Below are positions 1-7,303 of a stretch of 34,749 bases of DNA, piece after piece. Position numbers and translations under genes: made by a program. Location: contig JAHJQY010000004.1 in the NCBI GenBank assembly GCA_018819015.1, positions 1 to 34,749 on the forward strand. The letters are read 5' to 3'. The first letter of the stretch is position 1, and every line of letters begins with the position of its first letter. The notes below the pieces were generated by a model. The model was not told where the DNA came from. It ran no database searches and worked only from the letters and a program-made list of their open reading frames with translations. The stretch comes from Patescibacteria group bacterium (GTDB lineage: Bacteria; Patescibacteriota; Minisyncoccia; JAHISW01; Tagabacteraceae).

Positions 1-77
1 ATTGACGGGTTGTTGCGTTTTAGTTAGAGTAAAAAATAGAAATTCTTTGATAATTTTGAAGAAGCGGAGGAAAAACA

Positions 78-1010
78 ATGAAAAATATTTTAGTGACAGG
101 CGGACTTGGTTTTATCGGTTCGCATATTGTTGACGCGCTTTGCCTTCAGCCTGAATATAATGTAGCGGTTATTGATGAAAAACATTCCAAAACCATTGAT
201 TGCGCCAATCCTTTGGCAAATTATTGCGAGGTTGACATTACCGACGCCAGGGAATTAAAAACTGTTTTTTGGTTGCTCAGGCCTTATTGCGTTATCCATT
301 GCGCGGCTCTGGCCAGGCTTCAGCCGTCTTTTGTCCGGGTTGAAGAATATGTTAATGTTAATGTTTTAGGTACGAAAAATATTTTGGAAGCCGCTAAGTA
401 TTACAAGGTAAAACGGATAGTTTATTCGTCTTCGTCATCCGTTTACACTGGGCATACGCAAATACCTCTTAAAGAAGATATGATGCCTTTATTGCATTTG
501 TTAAGCCCTTACGGAACCACTAAGTTAATAGGGGAGATGTTAATGCGGGATATGGGCAAAATGACCGGCGGGCCGGAAACTGTTTCTTTGAGATATTTTA
601 ATGTTTATGGCCCGCGCCAGCCGGAGGAGGGTGAGTATGCTTTGGTGGCCGGGAGGTTTTTAAAACAATGGCAAAATGGTGAGCCGTTGACGATGGTGCC
701 GGACGGGAAACAAAGTCGGGATTTTACTTGGGTTATGGATGTGGTTCAGGCGAATATTTTGGCCATGTTGTCATCCAAGGTTGGCAATGCCGAAATAATT
801 AATATTGGTTCCGGTAAAGATTATTCTGTCTGGGATTTGGCCGATATGATTGGCGGGGAAAATTATCCTAAAATTTTTATACCTGCTCGGAAAGGAGAAG
901 CTAGAAAAACATTAGCCGATATTTCTCGAGCAAAAAAATTGTTTGGCTGGAAGCCGACCGTTTTTCTGCCCGAAGGCATTACGCTTTTGAAAAAAGAAAT
1001 GGGATTATAA
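78..1010 (+). CDS. NAD-dependent epimerase/dehydratase (extended SDR, UDP-glucose 4-epimerase-like)
   Basis: N-terminal TGGLGFIG (GxxGxxG), HCAA, YSSSSSVY, catalytic YGTTK (YxxxK), LRYFNVYGP; GGAGG Shine-Dalgarno at 67-71. Confidence 0.92.
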   Translation: MKNILVTGGLGFIGSHIVDALCLQPEYNVAVIDEKHSKTIDCANPLANYCEVDITDARELKTVFWLLRPYCVIHCAALARLQPSFVRVEEYVNVNVLGTKNILEAAKYYKVKRIVYSSSSSVYTGHTQIPLKEDMMPLLHLLSPYGTTKLIGEMLMRDMGKMTGGPETVSLRYFNVYGPRQPEEGEYALVAGRFLKQWQNGEPLTMVPDGKQSRDFTWVMDVVQANILAMLSSKVGNAEIINIGSGKDYSVWDLADMIGGENYPKIFIPARKGEARKTLADISRAKKLFGWKPTVFLPEGITLLKKEMGL

Positions 1011-1018
1011 ATATCCAC

Positions 1019-1047
1019 AAGTCAACCATAAAATGGTTGACTTTTTT
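1019..1047 (+). terminator. Intrinsic terminator after the epimerase
   Basis: AAGTCAACCAT-aaa-ATGGTTGACTT 11-bp stem running into a T tract, 9 nt after the stop codon. Confidence 0.7.
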
Positions 1048-1067
1048 GTTTAGATTTGGTATATAAT
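1037..1067 (+). promoter_or_regulatory. Sigma70-like promoter overlapping the terminator
   Basis: TTGACT at 1037-1042 and TATAAT at 1062-1067 (19-bp spacer; TATATA at 1060 gives 17 bp). Confidence 0.5.
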
Positions 1068-1073
1068 AAATAC

Positions 1074-1154
1074 GTGAGTGTTTTCCCGCCTTGGCGGGAA
1101 ACCACTGCTATGTCTGCACAAAGCCCCATATTTATCAGGGGGTTTTGTGTTTTT
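1074..1154 (+). ncRNA. Candidate ~80-nt small RNA (two hairpins)
   Basis: Follows the promoter; hairpin 1077-1106 (AGTG-TTTCCC..GGGAAA-CACT) then an 11-bp stem 1117-1127/1139-1149 and T5. No family recognised. Confidence 0.3.
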
Positions 1155-1222
1155 ATAGATACTTGGTTTTTGTTTTCGTTGTTATATAATTATATAAAGA
1201 ATTTATAAAAATTGTTTTCATT

Positions 1223-1288
1223 GAGCGGTCAAGAGCAATTGGCACTCACAAAAAAGACATAGTCGAGGTTTTGCCTTCTTGGCCGCTC
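1223..1288 (+). other. Long stem-loop in the murB leader
   Basis: GAGCGGTCAAGA (1223-1234) pairs with TCTTGGCCGCTC (1277-1288) with one G-U; TATAAT upstream at about 1185. Confidence 0.35.
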
Positions 1289-1324
1289 TGTGGGAATAAT
1301 TATAAAAAGTTGCGGTAAATTCAA

Positions 1325-2293
1325 ATGAACAAGATTCAAAAAAATGTTTTATTGTCCCCCTATACCACTTTTGGGATAGGGGGAACGGCAAAATATTTTG
1401 CCGAAGCCAGAAGCGTGGAAGAAGTTAAAGAATTTTGTGATTGGGCAAAGAAGAATGATTCGCAGGTTTTTGTTCTTGGTGGTGGTTCTAATGTTTTAAT
1501 TTCCGATAAAGGATTTGAGGGATTGGTTATAAAATTAAAAGAGCCGGAAGATTTTGATAAGTTTCATTTTTATGCCGGCCCGCGAAACACCAAGTTTGTA
1601 AAAGTGTGGGCTGGTTCTTTTTTATCAAAATTGATTGCCGAGACAGTTGCTGTTGGGTTGACCGGATTGGAGTGGGCGGTCGGGATACCGGGCACTATCG
1701 GTGGCGCCGTTTGCGGAAACGCCGGCGCTTTTGGGCTGGAAACAGCCAATTCTGTTCAGACGGTTGAAGCGCTTGATTGCGACAATTTAACAATCAAACA
1801 ATTTAATAATTCTGGTTGCGATTTTTGTTATCGTAGTTCCGTTTTTAAATATAGTGATAATTTAATAATTCTCTCGGCTGTTTTTTCTTTCAAAAAAGAA
1901 GATAAAAAAGATATTCAAAAAAGATTAATTGATTACGCGAAACAGAGAACGCAGTCTTTTGGCGCGGGGCAAAAATGCGCCGGCTGTTTTTTTAAAAATG
2001 TTAACTGGAAAAGAAAAGATATAAATAAAAATAAATTGCTGGAAAATTTTCCGGAGCTTAAACAATTTTCCGATAAGCCGAAAATTTCTACGGGGTTTTT
2101 GATAGATTTTGTCGGCCTGAAAGGGAAGAAAATCGGCGACGCGGCGGTGTCTGATGAGCACGCTAATTTCATTCTTAATACCGGCAACGCGAAGGCCGAA
2201 GAAATTATGATGCTCTCGGGCCTGATAAAAGATAAAATTTATTCTCGTTACGGTTTTCTTTTGGAAGAAGAAGTAAAGTTAGTAGGATTTTAA
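1325..2293 (+). CDS. murB: UDP-N-acetylenolpyruvoylglucosamine reductase
   Basis: LSPYTTFGIGG, LGGGSNVL, GIPGTIGGAVCGNAGAFG, FCYRSS, AGCFFKN, HANFILN, C-terminal LEEEV. Confidence 0.95.
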   Translation: MNKIQKNVLLSPYTTFGIGGTAKYFAEARSVEEVKEFCDWAKKNDSQVFVLGGGSNVLISDKGFEGLVIKLKEPEDFDKFHFYAGPRNTKFVKVWAGSFLSKLIAETVAVGLTGLEWAVGIPGTIGGAVCGNAGAFGLETANSVQTVEALDCDNLTIKQFNNSGCDFCYRSSVFKYSDNLIILSAVFSFKKEDKKDIQKRLIDYAKQRTQSFGAGQKCAGCFFKNVNWKRKDINKNKLLENFPELKQFSDKPKISTGFLIDFVGLKGKKIGDAAVSDEHANFILNTGNAKAEEIMMLSGLIKDKIYSRYGFLLEEEVKLVGF

Positions 2294-2317
2294 ATTTTTC
2301 TAAAATTTTAAGAAAAG

Positions 2318-2326
2318 TTATCCACA
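2318..2326 (+). promoter_or_regulatory. DnaA box, 40 bp upstream of TATAAT (2367-2372)
   Basis: Perfect TTATCCACA. Confidence 0.55.
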
Positions 2327-2503
2327 CTTTTTTTATTTTTTTGTATTTTTTTAATTATAAATGATTTATAATTAGATTAGGAACGCGTTGGAAGTGCAAA
2401 AAAAATTTTTTGAATTTTATTTTGAAAATTTTTAGCACCCTGCATTTCCAAGGCAAAAATTTTGCGGTCGATATTTTTTATTCTTTAAAACAAAAAAAAC
2501 AAA

Positions 2504-2635
2504 ATGGTTCGACGCAAAAAGGTGGCAAAAAGGAAAGCGGTGAAGAAACCGGCCAAGAGAAAGGTTGTTAAGAAAAAAGCGGCCAAGAAGCCGGCTAAGA
2601 AGAGAAAGGCAGTTCGACGAAAGAAAAAGAAATAA
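2504..2635 (+). CDS. 43-aa Lys/Arg/Ala/Val-rich histone H1/Hc1-like basic protein (below the ORF-track cutoff)
   Basis: Manual translation MVRRKKVAKRKAVKKPAKRKVVKKKAAKKPAKKRKAVRRKKKK*; upstream -10 element and immediate downstream terminator. Confidence 0.8.
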   Translation: MVRRKKVAKRKAVKKPAKRKVVKKKAAKKPAKKRKAVRRKKKK

Positions 2636-2653
2636 TTTCTTTTTTGCATAAAC

Positions 2654-2689
2654 AACCCCGCGCCTTTGAAAAGGCGCGGGGTTTGTTTT
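2654..2689 (+). terminator. Intrinsic terminator
   Basis: AACCCCGCGCCTT-tgaa-AAGGCGCGGGGTT 13-bp stem followed by TGTTTT. Confidence 0.8.
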
Positions 2690-2704
2690 ATACTGGTTTT
2701 ATCC

Positions 2705-5191
2705 ATGTCTATGTTAACTAAAATTTTTGGCGACCATAACAAGCGTTTTTTAAAAGGCCTTCAGCCTTTAATTGGTTCAATAAATGACAAGGAGAAATCT
2801 TTTGAAAAATTATCCGACAGTGAATTGAAAGAAAAAACTTCCGGATTTAAAAAATTGATAGTTGAAGGCTGCGAGCTGGATGCTATTTTGCCGGAAGTTT
2901 TTGCTGTTGTTCGGGAGGCGGCCAAAAGAACTTTAAACCAGCGTCATTTTGACGTTCAGCTTCTGGGCGGCCTAGTTCTTCATCAGGGCAAAATCGCCGA
3001 GATGAAAACCGGCGAGGGAAAAACTTTAACTGCCACCCTGCCGATTTATCTGAACGCTCTTGAGGGCAAGGGAGTGCATGTTGTGACCGTGAATGATTAT
3101 CTTTCAAGGAGGGACGCGGTCTGGATGGGGCAGATTTACCACGCGCTCGGTTTGTCTGTCGGCTGCATAAATCATGAGGCCAGTTATCTGTATGACCCGA
3201 ATTCAAAACTTGATGAAGAGCGCGACATATTCGGTTCTTTTAAGGTAGTGCATGAATTTTTGAAGCCGTGCTCGCGCCAAGAAGCTTACGCGGCCGATAT
3301 CACTTACGGCACCAATAATGAATTTGGATTTGATTTTCTGCGCGACAGCATGGCTTATGGAAAAGATAATTTGGCTCAGCGAGGTTTTTATTATGCCATT
3401 GTTGACGAGATTGATTCAATTTTGATTGATGAAGCGCGGACACCGCTGATAATTTCAGCGCCGGATGAAGAATCGGCCGACCTTTATAAAACTTTTTCAA
3501 AAATCGTTCCCAATCTTAAAGAAGAGGACCTGTCTGCCCTGTCTGCCGACCAGGCAGGCGGTAGGCATGGACATTACGCAATTGACGAAAAACAAAAAGC
3601 TGTTTCAATAAACGAGGAAGGAATTGAAAAAGTTGAAAAAATATTGGGAATCAAGGATATTTATACGGAAAAAGGGATAAAATACGTGCATCATTTGAAT
3701 CAGGCTTTGCGGGCTCGGGTTTTTTTTAAGCGCGACCGGGATTATGTCGTAAAACCTGCCCGCCCGGGCGGGAGCAATGAGATAATAATAGTGGATGAAT
3801 TTACCGGCCGGCTGATGCCGGGCCGCCGCTGGTCAGAGGGGCTCCATCAAGCCATTGAGGCCCAAGAAGGGGTTTCTGTGCAAAAAGAATCGCGTACGCT
3901 GGCGAGCGTTACTTTTCAGAATTATTTCAGGATGTATAAAAAGCTTTCCGGCATGACCGGCACGGCGCTTACTTCGGCCGAAGAATTTTATAAAGTTTAC
4001 AGTCTTGAAGTTATTGCTGTTCCGACAAATAAAATTTTAATAAGAAAAGATAGTTCTGATTTGGTTTATCCGACAGAGCAGGGGAAGCTGAAAGCTGTTG
4101 TCGGGGAAATAAAAGAGCGGCACGAAAAAGGGCAGCCGGTTCTTGTCGGCACCGTTTCAATTGAGAAAAACGAATACTTGTCGGCTCTTTTAAAAAAAGA
4201 AGGAGTGCCGCATCGGCTTTTGAATGCCAAGCATCACGAGGAAGAAGGGGAGATTATCGCTCAGGCGGGCAAAAAAGGAATGGTGACGGTGGCGACCAAT
4301 ATGGCCGGTCGTGGCGTAGACATAGTTTTAGGGGGTAACCCTCAAAACCCCGAACAAAGTCGAATTGTTTGCGAGGCTGGAGGTTTGTACGTGATTGGTA
4401 CCGAGCGGCACGAGGCGCGGCGCATAGATAATCAGCTGCGCGGCCGTTCCGGCCGCCAGGGCGATCCGGGCGAGAGCAGATTTTTTGTTTCTTTGGAAGA
4501 TGATTTGATGCGTGTTTTTGGTTCGGAAAAAATAAAAAATATGATGGCTAGCATGGGCGTTCCGGAAGACCAGCCGATTGAGAATAAATTTGTTTCCCGG
4601 GCGATTGAGTCGGCGCAGGCAAAAATAGAGGGAATAAATTTTGACGCCAGAAAACACTTGCTTGAGTATGATGATGTTTTGAATAAACAGCGAGAAAAAA
4701 TTTACAAACTAAGGCGGGAAATTCTTTTTGCGGGGAAAAATGAATTGGATGAAATTATTGATGGGTTAAAGATGGAGGATAAGCCCGCCTTCGTCAAGAC
4801 TACGGCGGGCAAGGAGAAAGAATTCGGCGTGGAGCAATTTTTTGAAGTGAAGAGAAATGTTTTTTTGCGCGTGATTGATATGCTTTGGATAGACCACTTG
4901 GAAGTAATGGCCTATATGCGTTCTTCTGTCGGTTTGCGCGCTTATGGCAATCAGGATCCGCTGGTTGAGTATAAAAACGAGGGGATGAGATTATTTAAAG
5001 ATTTGGAAAGAGCCATCGGCGCGACTTTTGTTAGTTTGATTCAGAATGTGCAGAAACAGGAAAATCAGCCGCCAGTAGGAGTTGCGGCGGGCTTGCCTGT
5101 TAGAGATTCTACTACCGATGGAAAAGTCGGGAGAAATGATCCCTGTCCTTGTGGTAGCGGCAAAAAGTTCAAAAAGTGTTGCGGAATATAA
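2705..5191 (+). CDS. secA: Preprotein translocase ATPase SecA (start moved from 2666 to MSMLTKIFG)
   Basis: MKTGEGKT Walker A, VHVVTVNDYL, YAIVDEIDSILIDEARTPLIIS, DEFTGR, ATNMAGRG, RIDNQLRGRSGRQGDPG, C-terminal SEC-C motif CPCGSGKKFKKCC. The 2666 start lies inside the terminator. Confidence 0.97.
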   Translation: MSMLTKIFGDHNKRFLKGLQPLIGSINDKEKSFEKLSDSELKEKTSGFKKLIVEGCELDAILPEVFAVVREAAKRTLNQRHFDVQLLGGLVLHQGKIAEMKTGEGKTLTATLPIYLNALEGKGVHVVTVNDYLSRRDAVWMGQIYHALGLSVGCINHEASYLYDPNSKLDEERDIFGSFKVVHEFLKPCSRQEAYAADITYGTNNEFGFDFLRDSMAYGKDNLAQRGFYYAIVDEIDSILIDEARTPLIISAPDEESADLYKTFSKIVPNLKEEDLSALSADQAGGRHGHYAIDEKQKAVSINEEGIEKVEKILGIKDIYTEKGIKYVHHLNQALRARVFFKRDRDYVVKPARPGGSNEIIIVDEFTGRLMPGRRWSEGLHQAIEAQEGVSVQKESRTLASVTFQNYFRMYKKLSGMTGTALTSAEEFYKVYSLEVIAVPTNKILIRKDSSDLVYPTEQGKLKAVVGEIKERHEKGQPVLVGTVSIEKNEYLSALLKKEGVPHRLLNAKHHEEEGEIIAQAGKKGMVTVATNMAGRGVDIVLGGNPQNPEQSRIVCEAGGLYVIGTERHEARRIDNQLRGRSGRQGDPGESRFFVSLEDDLMRVFGSEKIKNMMASMGVPEDQPIENKFVSRAIESAQAKIEGINFDARKHLLEYDDVLNKQREKIYKLRREILFAGKNELDEIIDGLKMEDKPAFVKTTAGKEKEFGVEQFFEVKRNVFLRVIDMLWIDHLEVMAYMRSSVGLRAYGNQDPLVEYKNEGMRLFKDLERAIGATFVSLIQNVQKQENQPPVGVAAGLPVRDSTTDGKVGRNDPCPCGSGKKFKKCCGI
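3529..3570. repeat. Nested pair of 21-bp palindromic mini-elements in frame in secA
   Basis: CCTGTCTGC[CCTGTCTGCCGACCAGGCAGG]CGGTAGGCATGG; removing 42 bp restores ..KEEEHYAIDEK.. Confidence 0.75.
3759..3772. repeat. CCCGCC-n-GGCGGG palindrome in secA
   Basis: Perfect 14-bp palindrome CCCGCCCGGGCGGG encoding part of the extra peptide PARPGGS between DYVVK and EIIIVDEFTGR. Confidence 0.6.
4783..4810. repeat. CCCGCC-n-GGCGGG hairpin element in secA
   Basis: GCCCGCC-TTCGTCAAGACTAC-GGCGGGC encoding PAFVKTTAG, GC-rich in AT-rich context. Confidence 0.7.
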
Positions 5192-5208
5192 AAAGCTAAA
5201 AACCTAAA

Positions 5209-5295
5209 CGGAGAGGGCGAGATTCGAACTCGCGGTGGCGTTTCCGCCACAACGGTTTTCAAGACCGCCGCCTTCAACCACTCAGCCACCTCTCC
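5209..5295 (-). tRNA. tRNA-Ser(UGA)
   Basis: Reverse complement GGAGAGG..GCGGT-CTTGAAA-ACCGT, long variable arm, GTTCGAATC T loop; CCA not encoded. Confidence 0.95.
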
Positions 5296-5311
5296 ATTTA
5301 CGAGTATAGGT

Positions 5312-5530
5312 TTATTTTTCTGCTTTGGCAATTTCTACGGTTTTTTTGCGGGCGATGACAAAAATGTAGAAAATTTCCAAAAGAGCCAGAGTATTTACTA
5401 CAAGTATCGCTATAAACCAGACTTTTTGGCCAAGTCTGGCTGCTTTCCACAGGGCTACGCCTTTCCATGGCAGAACCCAGATGGCGATGGCCGCCAGAAT
5501 CCAACTATTTTCTTGGATTAGTTCTAACAT
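5312..5530 (-). CDS. Small two-helix membrane protein (DUF5652-like)
   Basis: WKGVALWKAAR..WFIAILVVNT..LEIFYIF pattern; TGCTATAAT extended -10 upstream on the minus strand at about 5568-5576. Confidence 0.7.
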   Translation of the reverse strand: MLELIQENSWILAAIAIWVLPWKGVALWKAARLGQKVWFIAILVVNTLALLEIFYIFVIARKKTVEIAKAEK

Positions 5531-5630
5531 ATTTTATAGTATTAATTATAATACGCTGATAAATTTATTATAGCATATTTTTAATTTTTGAGCAGTTATT
5601 TAATGTTGCGGGCCGCCTGAGGGCGAGCCT

Positions 5631-5657
5631 CGCAAATTTTACTTTGTAAAATTTGCG
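5631..5657. repeat. Intergenic palindrome
   Basis: CGCAAATTTTAC-ttt-GTAAAATTTGCG, perfect 12-bp arms, preceded by a GC-rich patch at 5608-5630. Confidence 0.65.
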
Positions 5658-5758
5658 GAGATAAAAGTCAGCTGGAACCAAATAATACAAGATATAGCCA
5701 GAATAGTGGATTTTATTAAGGATAATCCGCAGTTAGAGTTAAAACCACGGCCTAAATG

Positions 5759-6511
5759 TTAGTTGTTGGAAACGCGCAATTCAACTTCTTTAGCAAGTCG
5801 TTCCTTGAAATCTTTAAGTAGTTGGTGGTGCCCGACAGGTAAAAATATCTTTAATTCTTTTTCCCAGCCGTTTTGTTTTGCCAAAAGAGCCAGTAGTTTA
5901 TCTTTCAGGTTTTCTAATTTTGGTACATAGTTTTTCAGTTCGGGATTTCTTAAAATGAAATAGAGGTCAAAGTAGTCTCGGGGCTTGGCTCTGTCCAAAA
6001 GAGCCAAAACTTTTTCAGCGACTAACTTGTTTTCTCCAAGAAAAATAATTGTGTAAGGAGGCAGAAAGTCGCTTTGTATTAAAATGCTGTTACTGCTCAT
6101 TTCTTTTGCTTGCCGAAAAGACACCTGAATTTTTATTTTAGAATTAAAATCAAGCAGTTTTAAATTAACGAGACAAAAATATCCTTCACTTGTTTCTCCT
6201 TCGGTTCCCGCGTTAACAGTTTTTTCACAATTAATGCCTTCTTTTTTAATTTCGTCCAAGGTTGCGTTAATCAATTTGTTTATATCGGCAATGGTGAGTT
6301 CGTTGGCGGCGGAAAAATCCAAGTCCTCTGAAAACCTCGGGCTTTGAAAAACTATTCGCAAGGCCGTTCCTCCCTTGAAAAGCATTTTTTCAGAGCCATT
6401 CTTCTTATAGAGATAAGATAAAAATAAATGCTGGCAGTATTCTCTGGCAATGTTTTCCTCCGATGTTTGGTTCTTGACGCTTAATTCGTTTATGAATTTA
6501 TGAGAAATCAT
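5759..6511 (-). CDS. AbiEii-family nucleotidyltransferase toxin (type IV TA, DUF1814-like)
   Basis: LFKGGTAL, RFSEDLDF, AEKVLAL, RDYFDL motifs; overlaps the upstream antitoxin by 14 bp. Confidence 0.9.
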   Translation of the reverse strand: MISHKFINELSVKNQTSEENIAREYCQHLFLSYLYKKNGSEKMLFKGGTALRIVFQSPRFSEDLDFSAANELTIADINKLINATLDEIKKEGINCEKTVNAGTEGETSEGYFCLVNLKLLDFNSKIKIQVSFRQAKEMSSNSILIQSDFLPPYTIIFLGENKLVAEKVLALLDRAKPRDYFDLYFILRNPELKNYVPKLENLKDKLLALLAKQNGWEKELKIFLPVGHHQLLKDFKERLAKEVELRVSNN

Positions 6512-7118
6512 ATTTTAGGTTTTTTACTAAATCTAAAAATGCCTTATTTTTCCTTAAATGTTTTTTGAAAAAATTAACATAAAAATCAAGTTGTTTTTTA
6601 TCTAGTTTGTTTAAGTTTAGTCGTTCGTTAATTGGTAGTTTTTTTAACGACGCCAAATATAAATAGTCCAACAAGGCTTTTTCTTTGTCTGCCATTCGTA
6701 TTGTTTTATCCCTGATTTTAACGGGCGAATAGCCAAAGAAAAAATTCTTTTTAATTTTGATGTATTGATAAGACTGGTTCTCAAATTCAAAAGTTTTTGG
6801 GGCTTTGGTGGTGGCGGAAATTATCGTATAGACGGTTTCTGGAATTAGGCCGTAATAAGACATTGCTGTTTCAAAAGATATATAAGAGGGCTGGTGCAAA
6901 TAATTGGCAATTTCAAACTTTGCCAGAAGTTCGCTGGCCAGACAGTAGGCGCCCCTTTTGAGCCTTCTAAAAGCCCCTGTTTTTGTATTGTAACTCAAAA
7001 AAGCCCGTGCCGTTTTGGGGTCTACATTAAAAGTCCTTGCGAAGTCTTTTGTAGAAAATATGCTTATTTTACGTAGCGAGAGTGTTTTTTGTACAGAAAT
7101 GAGTTTCAGTTTGTCCAT
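6498..7118 (-). CDS. AbiEi-family antitoxin / transcriptional regulator
   Basis: N-terminal wHTH-like region ending LKRGAY, PSYISFETAMSYYGLIPE, EKALLDYLY; TGCTATAAT at 7142-7150 on the minus strand. Confidence 0.88.
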   Translation of the reverse strand: MDKLKLISVQKTLSLRKISIFSTKDFARTFNVDPKTARAFLSYNTKTGAFRRLKRGAYCLASELLAKFEIANYLHQPSYISFETAMSYYGLIPETVYTIISATTKAPKTFEFENQSYQYIKIKKNFFFGYSPVKIRDKTIRMADKEKALLDYLYLASLKKLPINERLNLNKLDKKQLDFYVNFFKKHLRKNKAFLDLVKNLKYDFS

Positions 7119-7303
7119 AATTTTCTTATTAACTTAATGTCATTATAGCATATTTGGCTATTTTTCAAAAAGCAAGAGTAAGTGGATAACATTCAACGCT
7201 TTCATTTTCAAGAAAAAGTGATAACATAAAAACATAAAATTGAATAAGAAATGACCTAAATCAGCGCTTGCTGACATGGTCGCAAATCGTAGACTACAAA
7301 AAT

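Noticed and set aside
2485-2742. 85-aa Phe-rich minus-strand ORF in the track
   Set aside because: Antisense shadow of the Lys-rich protein at 2504-2635 and its terminator.
5065-5331. Minus-strand 88-aa ORF
   Set aside because: Reads through tRNA-Ser and the secA 3' end; spurious.
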